Shown one piece after another: positions 1 to 8,113 of a stretch of DNA of 64,000 nt. Source of the DNA: an uncultured Flavobacteriales bacterium (GTDB lineage: Bacteria; Bacteroidota; Bacteroidia; Flavobacteriales_D; Sanyastnellaceae); assembly GCA_943846755.1 (NCBI GenBank), contig OX044365.1:2082747-2146746 (forward strand), in the 5' to 3' direction. The stretch's first letter is position 1. Every line of letters starts with the position of its first letter. Below the pieces are notes generated by a model, which ran no database searches, was not told where the DNA came from, and was given only the letters and a program-made list of their open reading frames with translations. The position numbers were made by a program, and so were the translations under genes.

Positions 1-3000
1 GAATTCAGCAGGACTGCACAAGGTGTCGGGCAGGCAGTTCTCGTAGCATCCGGAGGGCACACTGCAGAGGTCCGGTAAAGGGTGAATTTCGAAAGCGTTG
101 CTGTGGGTGCAGCCATTGGCGTCGATCCCTATGGCAGTGTATACACCGGCTTGTGAGGTGGTGACTGCGGTCCCTGTATTGCCATTGCTCCAGTAGTAGT
201 CGACCGCTGGATCAGCGGGCGTAACAGTCAAGACGACATCTGATGCAGCGCAGGGAGGCATGTCGGAGGCCACCAGGTTGAATTCAGGGCTGGAGGCCCA
301 TTCGAATTCGTGGAGGTTGGAGGTGTGTGCGCAGTTTTCTTCATCCGTCACCACAGCTTGAATATCAAGTTGCATGCCTGGAACCCCCGATACAGTCAGC
401 GTTTCCGTGGCGCTGTAGAAGGAGCCGTCTACATACCATTCGTAGGCGATGTAGTTGCCCGTGACTTCGAAGGTGGCCTCGCCAGCATCGCACAAAATGG
501 CCGGGCCGACGATGGTGGGCATTGGATCGGGCCTCACCTGCACCCGCACCTTCCTTGATTCGATGGAGCATCCTTCAGGATCGGTTGCGAAGACGTAGAA
601 TTTACCCGCTTCTGCAAGGAGGTCGGGTCCGGTTGCTCCCGGTATTTCCTCTCCTTGGTCGAACCACTGGTGGCTGACGAAGAGCGGGTCGGACTCGAGT
701 AGGACTTCACCTGGGTCGGCGCAGAGCACGACATCGTCAATCCCTTCTAAGGGGTCTGGTGGCAGTGGATTGACCAACATGGACACCGTGGTGGATTGCG
801 GGCATCCATGCATGTCATAACCTGTGGCAGTGATGGCAGCGCCTGTGGGTATGGCGGAGAAGGTGTGAAGGACGGTGTCACCCACGAAACCCACGCCATC
901 TGGAATGGCCCATTCATAAGACACTGCGCCCGGGGTCTGTGCCACATGCGTGGAAGGGCTTTCTAAGCAAATGGGCAGGCCCAATGTGACATCTGTGATG
1001 GCATCGAACGTCAGATTGAGGGTTGTGCTGTACTCGACCTCGCAGCCATTCAGGGAGGTGGCTGTGAGGGTGATGGTATGCAGTCCTGTATCGGCAAAGG
1101 TGTGCAGTGGGTTGGGGTCGACCGAGGTGTTGCCATCTCCAAAATCCCAAGACCATCCAATGATTTCATTGTCTTCTCCGGGGATGTCGAGGAAAGTGGT
1201 GGTCTCTTGGAACTGAATGGTGGTGCATCCGAGTCGGTCTGTATCAAAACGGGCAGCCATGGGAATGCAGACATGCAGTTCTTCTCCGAACAAACAAGTT
1301 TCGCCCGGTGTGGTGCTCGGGACATTGCCGAAGGCGGTGACCTCGTAGCACCCTGCCTCGTCATACATGTGCGTGGGTCCGGCCGACCCTCCGCTGCCAT
1401 CGCCGAAATACCAGGTGATGTCCGTACAATCGGTGCAGCCCGTGGTGACCGTGATGGTGTTGCACGAGCGCGTGAGCCCGGCGGTAAGCCCAGAAGCGGA
1501 ATCACAGGTTTCTCCGCCGCCGCCACCGCCGCCGCCTGAGCAATCGCTTTCCATGGTCTGTGTGGTAGAGGATTGACAGCCCGTTGTGGTGTTCGTTGTG
1601 GTGACGGAGAGCGTGGACGGCGCCCCTGTGAGGGCATAGAAAAAAGAGCTGTTTGCTTCTCCGTTGGACCAGTCGTAGCTCCAATCTGCATTGGCCGGAG
1701 CACAGATAAAAATGTCGCCCACCGGTCCAGCACAGATGGGGAGGTTGGCGGATGAATTGATGCTGACGGCAGGTGCAGGGGAGGGCTCCATGGCGTAATG
1801 GGCTGTCCCTTCGCATCCATAAATGTCGGTGACCGTCACACTGTAATCGAATACTGAGAGGTCACCTATAGACGCTTCCGTGCTGACCGTATCCACCGCG
1901 TTGACTGTGGAGTCGTTTTCAATGAAGTAGTCCGGCAGGGTCCAGACATATGAGACAAAGGCGGGAGCGGTTGACAGCGCCGCTGGAACGTATGCGCCGT
2001 TGCAGAGGTGTCCCGTTTGGACGATGTCCAGGTCTGGTGTTCCATGGACGAGCAAGTTAAAGTTGGCCTCAGTCGTCAGTTCACATACCTCTGAGACCAG
2101 TCCGATGGTCACGTTGCCATCGAAGTCATTCCACTGAACAACAACAGTGTCGGTGCCTTGACCCTCCACCACGCTTCCGGCAATGGAAGGTTCGATGGTC
2201 CACTCAATGTACCCTTCATTGAGCGGGGAGTTGAGGGCGGCAAACAAGGTGTCCAAGGTGTTGGCGCAGGCCTCATCGTGGTCCAAACCTAAGGGTGTGC
2301 TGGGGATCCAAGGTGTAAAATCCAACGTGCTGGTTGCCGAGCAGAAAGGGGCATCCTCCATGGCGGTCGTGACGTTCACGGAGTGGTTCGCTGCCGCAAG
2401 GTCCCAATTCAACAGGATATTGGTGCTTGTGGAGGTGGATGGGGTGGCGCCTGTCGCTGACCAGGCGTGGGTGAATCCGGGTGGAGTGGTATCAACGGCA
2501 TACAGGAGGTCCACGCCGGCACATTCTTCGATGGGCCCCAATACGGTAATGTTGGGCACTTCCTCGATGACGATGGTGGCGGTGACATCTGTGTTGCAGA
2601 ATTGAAGGGGATTGGTCGCCGTGGCGGTGACGAGGTGCGGGCCAACGTCAGCGAAATTGACGGCAAAGTCTACTCCGCTGGCGGTCCCGGGTTGGTTTGG
2701 AGCGACGGACCAGGTCACGGCTGCAGAACTGGCCGAGAAAACCGTGGAAACGTCGATGCACCCGAGTTCGGGTGCCGATGTCAAATCCAATGCAGGGCGG
2801 ATGTCCACGCTGAGGGCGGCGGATCCAGAGCAGTCAGGGAAGTTGTGTTCCGTGAGGGATCCGAGGAAGGGGCTCTGGTATGTAACGGAAACATTGCCCG
2901 TTCCGGCAGCACCCCAAACGACGGCTATGCTGTTGCCATCTGGCTCGGATGAAAGGGCGCCCGTGACGTTCCATTGGTAGACGACGTCCATCCATTTGGG

Positions 3001-4272
3001 AACGGAATACACGGCAAGACTCCCCTCACACGCGACATCCGGTCCGGTGACCGCGCCGTTGGAGGAGATGATGGGCACCTGCACGGCGGTGGGTTCTGGA
3101 CAGGGAGCGCCACAACCGGTGATGAGCAGGGAGACGTTTCCATGCGGGCCATTGCCCCATTGGAGGCAGATTTCCGGGGTGCCTTGACCTTCGAATGCCA
3201 TGGGGTTGCCCGCTGCGTCTGTGGCGGTCCAGGTGTAGTTTGCACCAGCACACCCGTCTGTTGTCCAATAACAGGCGCTGTCGCCCTCGCATAAGGTCGA
3301 GATGCACTCGATGGAGGGGCCGATTGTGTTGAGCACTTCGATTTCTTGGAAGATGGAATCGGTGCAGGTGCAGATGATTTCTCCATCATCGCCATAAAGG
3401 GGGGAGGATACCGTCAGCAAGGCCGTGTAGATCCCGGGTGAACCGTACTCATGCAGTGGGCTCACCGCGCCGGAGGTGGCGCCATCGCCGAATTGCCAGA
3501 AATGGTCTGACCCGACCGTGGCATTGCTGGTGAATTGAACCGGGCTTCCAAGGCATGAGGTGTTGGGCGCGGAGAAGGCCGCCGTGGGTGCATTGCCGAT
3601 GTCGACGCATTGCTGCAAAACATTGGTGCCACCGGGTCCGGTCATTTCCACGAGGATGATGCCTTCGCCGGGAGTGTCCCACTGCACCTCCACATTCGCG
3701 GGGTTGGAGAGGGTGTTGATGACTGACCCCCCGTCGATGGTCCACGTGTACTCCAGTTGGTCGTTGAACGGGGCGATTACCGTGGTGATGGCGCCTCCGC
3801 AGACGGGCACGCACTCGGCACTTTGGTTTTCTGCGGCGATGGCGAGGTCGATGAGGCTGCAATCCTGAGGTTGGTCGCATTCCACCGTGATGGTGATGGT
3901 GCTCTCCAGCAGGCATTCTCCAAACGTCCCGCCATATGCCCAGACAGAATAGGCGATTTCATAGGTGCCGCAGCAATCTGTTGTGTCATTGTTGGAACCG
4001 TACAATGCGGATTCGATGTCGCCATATTCCCATTCGAAACAAGGCGGCACTTGCACAAAATTGTACTCGTAATTGATGGTCGAATTGTCCACCACCTGGG
4101 GCAGTGAATCATTGAAATACGGATAGATGATCAGGGACCCGAGGTCGTCCACATGAACGGTCTCTGCATCGGGCACCAGAACGACTCCTTGCGGCAATTC
4201 GGGACAGTCAGTCTGTGCAAAGGCGGTGCTGCTCAGAAGCAGGATGGCCAGAAGGAATCGGCAGTTTGGCAT
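1..4272 (-). CDS. Large secreted PKD-repeat cell-surface protein (adhesin-like); N-terminal 1424 codons, C-terminus lies beyond the left window edge
   Basis: Not in the supplied ORF track because no stop codon falls inside the window. ATG at 4272..4270 is followed by a signal peptide, MPNCRFLLAILLLSSTAFAQ. Hand translation of this frame gives: 3540..3421 = VQFTSNATVGSDHFWQFGDGATSGAVSPLHEYGSPGIYTA; 1440..1321 = GCTDCTDITWYFGDGSGGSAGPTHMYDEAGCYEVTAFGNV; 1560..1501 = QTMESDCSGGGGGGGGETCD; the last codons are ...CSPAEF at base 1. None of the 12 minus-strand track ORFs between 365 and 4432 is in this frame, which fits one uninterrupted frame. W-x-FGDG ... H-x-Y ... G-x-Y are PKD-domain hallmarks. 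Confidence 0.8.
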   Translation of the reverse strand, partial: MPNCRFLLAILLLSSTAFAQTDCPELPQGVVLVPDAETVHVDDLGSLIIYPYFNDSLPQVVDNSTINYEYNFVQVPPCFEWEYGDIESALYGSNNDTTDCCGTYEIAYSVWAYGGTFGECLLESTITITVECDQPQDCSLIDLAIAAENQSAECVPVCGGAITTVIAPFNDQLEYTWTIDGGSVINTLSNPANVEVQWDTPGEGIILVEMTGPGGTNVLQQCVDIGNAPTAAFSAPNTSCLGSPVQFTSNATVGSDHFWQFGDGATSGAVSPLHEYGSPGIYTALLTVSSPLYGDDGEIICTCTDSIFQEIEVLNTIGPSIECISTLCEGDSACYWTTDGCAGANYTWTATDAAGNPMAFEGQGTPEICLQWGNGPHGNVSLLITGCGAPCPEPTAVQVPIISSNGAVTGPDVACEGSLAVYSVPKWMDVVYQWNVTGALSSEPDGNSIAVVWGAAGTGNVSVTYQSPFLGSLTEHNFPDCSGSAALSVDIRPALDLTSAPELGCIDVSTVFSASSAAVTWSVAPNQPGTASGVDFAVNFADVGPHLVTATATNPLQFCNTDVTATIVIEEVPNITVLGPIEECAGVDLLYAVDTTPPGFTHAWSATGATPSTSTSTNILLNWDLAAANHSVNVTTAMEDAPFCSATSTLDFTPWIPSTPLGLDHDEACANTLDTLFAALNSPLNEGYIEWTIEPSIAGSVVEGQGTDTVVVQWNDFDGNVTIGLVSEVCELTTEANFNLLVHGTPDLDIVQTGHLCNGAYVPAALSTAPAFVSYVWTLPDYFIENDSTVNAVDTVSTEASIGDLSVFDYSVTVTDIYGCEGTAHYAMEPSPAPAVSINSSANLPICAGPVGDIFICAPANADWSYDWSNGEANSSFFYALTGAPSTLSVTTTNTTTGCQSSTTQTMESDCSGGGGGGGGETCDSASGLTAGLTRSCNTITVTTGCTDCTDITWYFGDGSGGSAGPTHMYDEAGCYEVTAFGNVPSTTPGETCLFGEELHVCIPMAARFDTDRLGCTTIQFQETTTFLDIPGEDNEIIGWSWDFGDGNTSVDPNPLHTFADTGLHTITLTATSLNGCEVEYSTTLNLTFDAITDVTLGLPICLESPSTHVAQTPGAVSYEWAIPDGVGFVGDTVLHTFSAIPTGAAITATGYDMHGCPQSTTVSMLVNPLPPDPLEGIDDVVLCADPGEVLLESDPLFVSHQWFDQGEEIPGATGPDLLAEAGKFYVFATDPEGCSIESRKVRVQVRPDPMPTIVGPAILCDAGEATFEVTGNYIAYEWYVDGSFYSATETLTVSGVPGMQLDIQAVVTDEENCAHTSNLHEFEWASSPEFNLVASDMPPCAASDVVLTVTPADPAVDYYWSNGNTGTAVTTSQAGVYTAIGIDANGCTHSNAFEIHPLPDLCSVPSGCYENCLPDTLCSPAEF

Positions 4273-4352
4273 TAGAATGTTTGGAAATCCAAGCTACAAA
4301 CGACGCGATTGGACATACCGTTGCGCGCTTCATGTTTTGAACCTGTGTGTCA

Positions 4353-4973
4353 TCAAGCGTTGCCCCTGATGCTCCAGCCAATGCCAAAGTGCAAGGAGAC
4401 ATTGCGCACGCGCGGCCCAAAGGGGGTGCCACCCAAGGCGGGGCCGTCTTTCTTCAGGCTCAATGCGCTGCCTGAAATCCGGGCTTGGAAGAAGGTGGAT
4501 TTGCCCAGAGGTGCACGTGCATAGGCTTGACCGCCCAGATCCCAGGTGTTTAAATCGTCTTCAAGGCTGCTCGAGGTGTCGGATACCCGCTGCCATTTCT
4601 CGGCCTTGAGCATCCGCCCCAGGTAGGGTCCAAAGCCCACTTGGTATTCCCCGAGGTTGATGTCCAAGAGGATGGGGATGTCGATATAGTTCATCCTCAG
4701 TTCAATGGTCGTGGTGCCGACCTCAGGATCGCCTCCACGACGGCTTCCTTTTTCTGCGTAATGCATTTCCAAGCGAACGCCCCAGTAATTGTTGGGGTTG
4801 CGGATGTCAATGAAGGCCCCGCCTGAAAGGCCCAACTTGTTGAACCCGGTAAAGTCGTCGCCTTGTACCTGTGAGGCATTGAGTCCTGCTACGGGTCCGC
4901 CGTCAAAGCGAAGGACTTGGGCACAGAGCCCTGTAGCGAACACCAATGCCAGGATGAGTGCAGCACCTCTCAT
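4353..4973 (-). CDS. Small outer-membrane beta-barrel protein (PorT/OMP_b-brl-like), 206 aa
   Basis: Track ORF 4353..5072 trimmed to the internal ATG at 4973, which gives the signal peptide MRGAALILALVFATGLCAQ. Strand-like alternating pattern with G/N/S/Y-rich composition. The start overlaps the upstream stop as ATGA (4970..4973). Confidence 0.7.
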   Translation of the reverse strand: MRGAALILALVFATGLCAQVLRFDGGPVAGLNASQVQGDDFTGFNKLGLSGGAFIDIRNPNNYWGVRLEMHYAEKGSRRGGDPEVGTTTIELRMNYIDIPILLDINLGEYQVGFGPYLGRMLKAEKWQRVSDTSSSLEDDLNTWDLGGQAYARAPLGKSTFFQARISGSALSLKKDGPALGGTPFGPRVRNVSLHFGIGWSIRGNA

Positions 4974-5833
4974 GGTGCCCAAGGGAGGTCGAGACAGTTC
5001 AATACATCGCCATTGGCGTTGGTCAACAGCGCCAAAACGTGGCTGTTTTCCATGACCCATTCTGGATTCCAAACAAAGGTGTAATCCGCTTGAACGGTGC
5101 TTCCCGCTTCAGGGTTTGTGGCCACCACCAAGCCATCGGCACCGTTGAGGCTGCCGCGCAACAGGTGGTTGTGTTCGAAATCGGGAATGACTTCAGGATC
5201 GTTGCCATAGTCCAATTGGGCCGCGATGAGGTTGTTTTCGCTGATGAGCAAGGACAGTCTGACATCTCCGTCAATGGCATCGGCAAAAGTGGTGTGGACG
5301 TGCAGGTGGACATTCTCAGTGACGCTGGGGTCTTGAATCGCAGCACCCTGCAAATGAGCGGAGGGGGCAAGGGCGAGTTCTGTATTGACGGTGCTGGTCC
5401 AATTGCTCGGTGGTACCACGGCACCCGGACCGCCACGGCGGTTCACACGGCCCATGGGGTTGGCCTGAACGTCGAGCTGGGACCAGAAGTAGTTGGATTC
5501 TGGGTTGGTCCAGTCCGTGTCAAAAGGGGCATTGCTGACAGAGGCCAGGGAGCCGGCGTGGATGGCCAGCAAGTGAACCAGACCGTCGTGTTCTTCGGCG
5601 AGTTGAGTGGCGAGTTCGCCAGCAGGGGGACAGTTGCCGCATTGGTGGGCGGTAAAATCTTCGAGCAAGACGTGCTGAGGTCCTGTGGTCATCGGCTCGA
5701 ACTCGGGTGCAGGGGCTTCACCATTGTAATTGATGGTGAGGGGAATGATGGGGTCCTCGATCTTGTCACAACCGATGATGAGAAGGGCGCTTGCAGCCAA
5801 AAAGGGAGTGAACCGTGTAAAGATGTGGGTCAT
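4970..5833 (-). CDS. Thioredoxin-like CxxC lipoprotein, Omp28-related family (by eye), 287 aa
   Basis: Lipoprotein-type signal ending ...ALLIIGC. CxxC motif in EDFTAHQCGNCPPAGE, followed by LLAIHAG. The ATG at 5833 shares one base with the upstream TGA (TGATG). Confidence 0.75.
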   Translation of the reverse strand: MTHIFTRFTPFLAASALLIIGCDKIEDPIIPLTINYNGEAPAPEFEPMTTGPQHVLLEDFTAHQCGNCPPAGELATQLAEEHDGLVHLLAIHAGSLASVSNAPFDTDWTNPESNYFWSQLDVQANPMGRVNRRGGPGAVVPPSNWTSTVNTELALAPSAHLQGAAIQDPSVTENVHLHVHTTFADAIDGDVRLSLLISENNLIAAQLDYGNDPEVIPDFEHNHLLRGSLNGADGLVVATNPEAGSTVQADYTFVWNPEWVMENSHVLALLTNANGDVLNCLDLPWAP

Positions 5834-7548
5834 CAGAAACTGCTTGTAAAGGTGATTTCGAAACCGTTGGACGCAGGCACTGCTCGGCAGACGCCACCAA
5901 TGCAGAAGATCCCTTCGCGCCGTTTTCCGTAGCCAACCGAGAGGCGGTGGGCGCCTTCAATGCGTCCGACAGTGCCGTACAAATAATGGACGCGCTGCTC
6001 GGGGTTAGGGTTGCCGAAGTTGTACTGGTCCAGCACGGAGAAGAACCAATGGGGGCTCACGGAGTATTCCGCGAGCACCGTGGCCCAGTCGCCCTTGTCT
6101 TGTTTGACCGGCTTCATTTCTCCGTCTACCTCTTTCATGTCGGTGCCGGTGAACAGGGCTTGTAGTTCTGTGCGGAGGCTGTGCCCTTTTTTGATGCGGA
6201 CTTGCGTTTCCACCACGTGGACGTTGGCATTGACAATGCCCTTGTAGTCTGTGGTGACGGGGGTAGCGAGGGTATTGAAGTCAAAGTGGAAGAACGCGTA
6301 CTTGGCTTTAAAGCCTTTCGAGAATTTCCGGCTGATGTCGAAGTTGATGTCGCGGATGTACAGGTCCTCACCGGCCTTCCAGCTGTTGCGTTCATACCCA
6401 TACACGGCTCCGTCTGTCCCTGTCAAGTTTGTGGTGTCAAGGCAGCTGGCGGTGGCGTATTGGAAACTGATTTTGGTGCCGTACTTGCCGCCAAGCTTGC
6501 TCTTTCTGGGGATGGTATAGAATACTTCTGCAGACCAGCCCACTTCACCTTGGACCACGGTCGCATAAGGATACAGCGTTGCAGCGAGGTTGTAGGTGTG
6601 CTGCTTGGTGATGGCAGGGATGTAGTTTACCGGGAGATCGAAGAGCTGGAGGTTCCGGTCAGAGCGGAACTGCATGTTGTCGACGCCTTTGAATCCAAGG
6701 TTGATGCCCAGCCCTTTTGTGGACCAACCTGCGTTGAGCAAGATGCCTTCACCACCGCGATAGGTGTAGCCGTTGTCCGCATTGGGGTCGTTGATCTTTC
6801 GGACGTATTCACCCATGAATTGGAACCCGCCTTTTTGGACCTGTGCCCGGTAACCCCAAGAACCGACGTTTTGGGGGAGCTCCAGAATGAGGGTGTCTTT
6901 GGAGATGGTGCTGCCTTCTTGGAAGCGGGAGACAAAGCTGGCACCCAGGGTTATGCGGGTGCCGGCCGATGCCCAGCGTTCGAAGGCGTCGTTGAGGTTG
7001 ATTTCCCCATCAAATGCACGGATGATGCCGGGGCTGTTGATCAGCCTAGAGTCGAAATCAAAACGCTGTTTTCCGACGAGGCTTTTGACGGTGACGCCAT
7101 TGGCAGGCCGCAGAATGAGGCGGAACCCATCCATGGCGTTGTCGATGCCCAAGTTGCGCTCTTCATAGGAGCGCAGGACCAGCCCGGAACCGAATTGCTC
7201 GTAGAAATTTCCAATGGTGACCTCAAAGTGTTCCTTGGAATAGTTGGCATAACGGTAGCCTATGCCCGAGCCCCGAAAACGTCCAGGGTAGCCGAGAATG
7301 GGGTCGAGGTAGCTTTCGTAGCGCATGCCCGCGGAAAAGTCGCCGCGGGTATAGATCAGGTTGCCAAAGGCGTTGAAGCCGGTTTTACCCGGGGGTACCT
7401 GCGCACCAATGAGGGTGTCCTCTTGGTACGTCTGGAAGAGCATTTGCACATTGCCCGTGATTTGGCCGGTGGCTGGCTCGTCCTGGGCCAGGGCCATCCA
7501 AGGGCAAATGATGGCCAGCGTCCAGGCCAGTTTCAGCATGTGCTTCAT
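5833..7548 (-). CDS. Predicted large outer-membrane beta-barrel / putative porin (DUF6029-like by eye), 571 aa
   Basis: Track ORF 5833..7725 trimmed to ATG 7548 (signal peptide MKHMLKLAWTLAIICPWMALAQ). The 59 upstream codons are an Arg-rich shadow of the tlpA 3' end. Ends ...CIGGVCRAVPASNGFEITFTSSF, with a C-terminal Phe beta-signal. The start overlaps the tlpA stop as ATGA (7545..7548). Confidence 0.7.
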   Translation of the reverse strand: MKHMLKLAWTLAIICPWMALAQDEPATGQITGNVQMLFQTYQEDTLIGAQVPPGKTGFNAFGNLIYTRGDFSAGMRYESYLDPILGYPGRFRGSGIGYRYANYSKEHFEVTIGNFYEQFGSGLVLRSYEERNLGIDNAMDGFRLILRPANGVTVKSLVGKQRFDFDSRLINSPGIIRAFDGEINLNDAFERWASAGTRITLGASFVSRFQEGSTISKDTLILELPQNVGSWGYRAQVQKGGFQFMGEYVRKINDPNADNGYTYRGGEGILLNAGWSTKGLGINLGFKGVDNMQFRSDRNLQLFDLPVNYIPAITKQHTYNLAATLYPYATVVQGEVGWSAEVFYTIPRKSKLGGKYGTKISFQYATASCLDTTNLTGTDGAVYGYERNSWKAGEDLYIRDINFDISRKFSKGFKAKYAFFHFDFNTLATPVTTDYKGIVNANVHVVETQVRIKKGHSLRTELQALFTGTDMKEVDGEMKPVKQDKGDWATVLAEYSVSPHWFFSVLDQYNFGNPNPEQRVHYLYGTVGRIEGAHRLSVGYGKRREGIFCIGGVCRAVPASNGFEITFTSSF

Positions 7549-8036
7549 TCGCCAGCGAGCTTCATCAGTTCCTCGTACAGTTCTTCTTCGTCGCCGTCGG
7601 CGTAGTTGTTGTGCTGCCAGACCACACGGCCCTCGGCATTGACCAAAAATGTGTGGGGGACGTTGTTGACCTGCATCGCCCGCGCAAAAGCCTTGTTGGG
7701 GTCGAGCAGCACCTTGTAGTCCCATCCGACGCTGTTGACATAGGGCTTGACCCGCATCATGCTGCGTGGATCGTCAATGGATACCGCGACCAGTTCTACG
7801 CCCGTTTCTTCTTGCCAATCTGGGTAGAGGTCAGCGTAGTTGTTGAGCTCACGTTTGCAAGGGCTGCACCAGGTGGCCCAAAAACAAAAGAGCACGGGCC
7901 CATCGGCCTCCTCGACAAAGGAGCGGGTATCAACCGTCAGGTCACCGAGGTCTTTCAATTCAATCGAAGGCACTTCTTGTGCATGCACAACGGCACAACC
8001 AAAGGCTAGAAGGAGGAGGAGGTTTCGAATCATCAT
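7545..8036 (-). CDS. TlpA/ResA-family periplasmic thiol:disulfide oxidoreductase, 163 aa
   Basis: ATG at 8036 gives the signal peptide MMIRNLLLLLAFGCAVVHAQ. Thioredoxin active site FWATWCSPCKRE. Confidence 0.85.
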   Translation of the reverse strand: MMIRNLLLLLAFGCAVVHAQEVPSIELKDLGDLTVDTRSFVEEADGPVLFCFWATWCSPCKRELNNYADLYPDWQEETGVELVAVSIDDPRSMMRVKPYVNSVGWDYKVLLDPNKAFARAMQVNNVPHTFLVNAEGRVVWQHNNYADGDEEELYEELMKLAGE

Positions 8037-8050
8037 GTTGCAGAATCTGC

Positions 8051-8090
8051 AAGAAAAGAAAGACCGACGAGGCAATGCCCCATCGGTCTT
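8051..8090 (-). terminator. Rho-independent terminator candidate after the T9SS thioredoxin-fold gene
   Basis: The minus-strand RNA reads AAGACCGA-UGGGGCAUUGCCUCG-UCGGUCUU followed by UCUUUUCUU. The outer 8-bp stem pairs 8060..8067 with 8083..8090. The inner segment can add about 6 more pairs, including G-U. Confidence 0.55.
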
Positions 8091-8113
8091 CCAAAAAATC
8101 GATATCTGAAGTA

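Noticed and set aside
1-6. The window begins with GAATTC (EcoRI site), which might hint at a cloned-insert boundary
   Set aside because: Other GAATTC sites occur inside the window, for example near 284 and 303. The coding frame runs straight through base 1. There is no vector-like sequence.
1513-1536. (GCC)n tract encoding eight consecutive Gly residues; considered as a slipped-strand phase-variation site
   Set aside because: The repeats are interrupted (GGT and GGA codons), and triplet slippage would only change linker length, not the frame.
1050-1820. 256-aa Pro/Ser-rich minus-strand ORF and other short ORFs within 1..4272
   Set aside because: They are alternative frames of the long open adhesin frame, which carries real PKD motifs. 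The Pro-rich translation is a frame artefact.
4958-5932. 324-aa plus-strand ORF
   Set aside because: Antisense to the CxxC lipoprotein gene and spans two gene junctions. Shadow ORF.
6181-7605. 474-aa plus-strand ORF, the longest unassigned ORF in the track
   Set aside because: It lies exactly antisense to the 571-aa barrel gene. The translation is a G/V/A/D-rich mirror with no motif, signal or plausible start context. This is typical shadow-ORF behaviour in GC-rich DNA.
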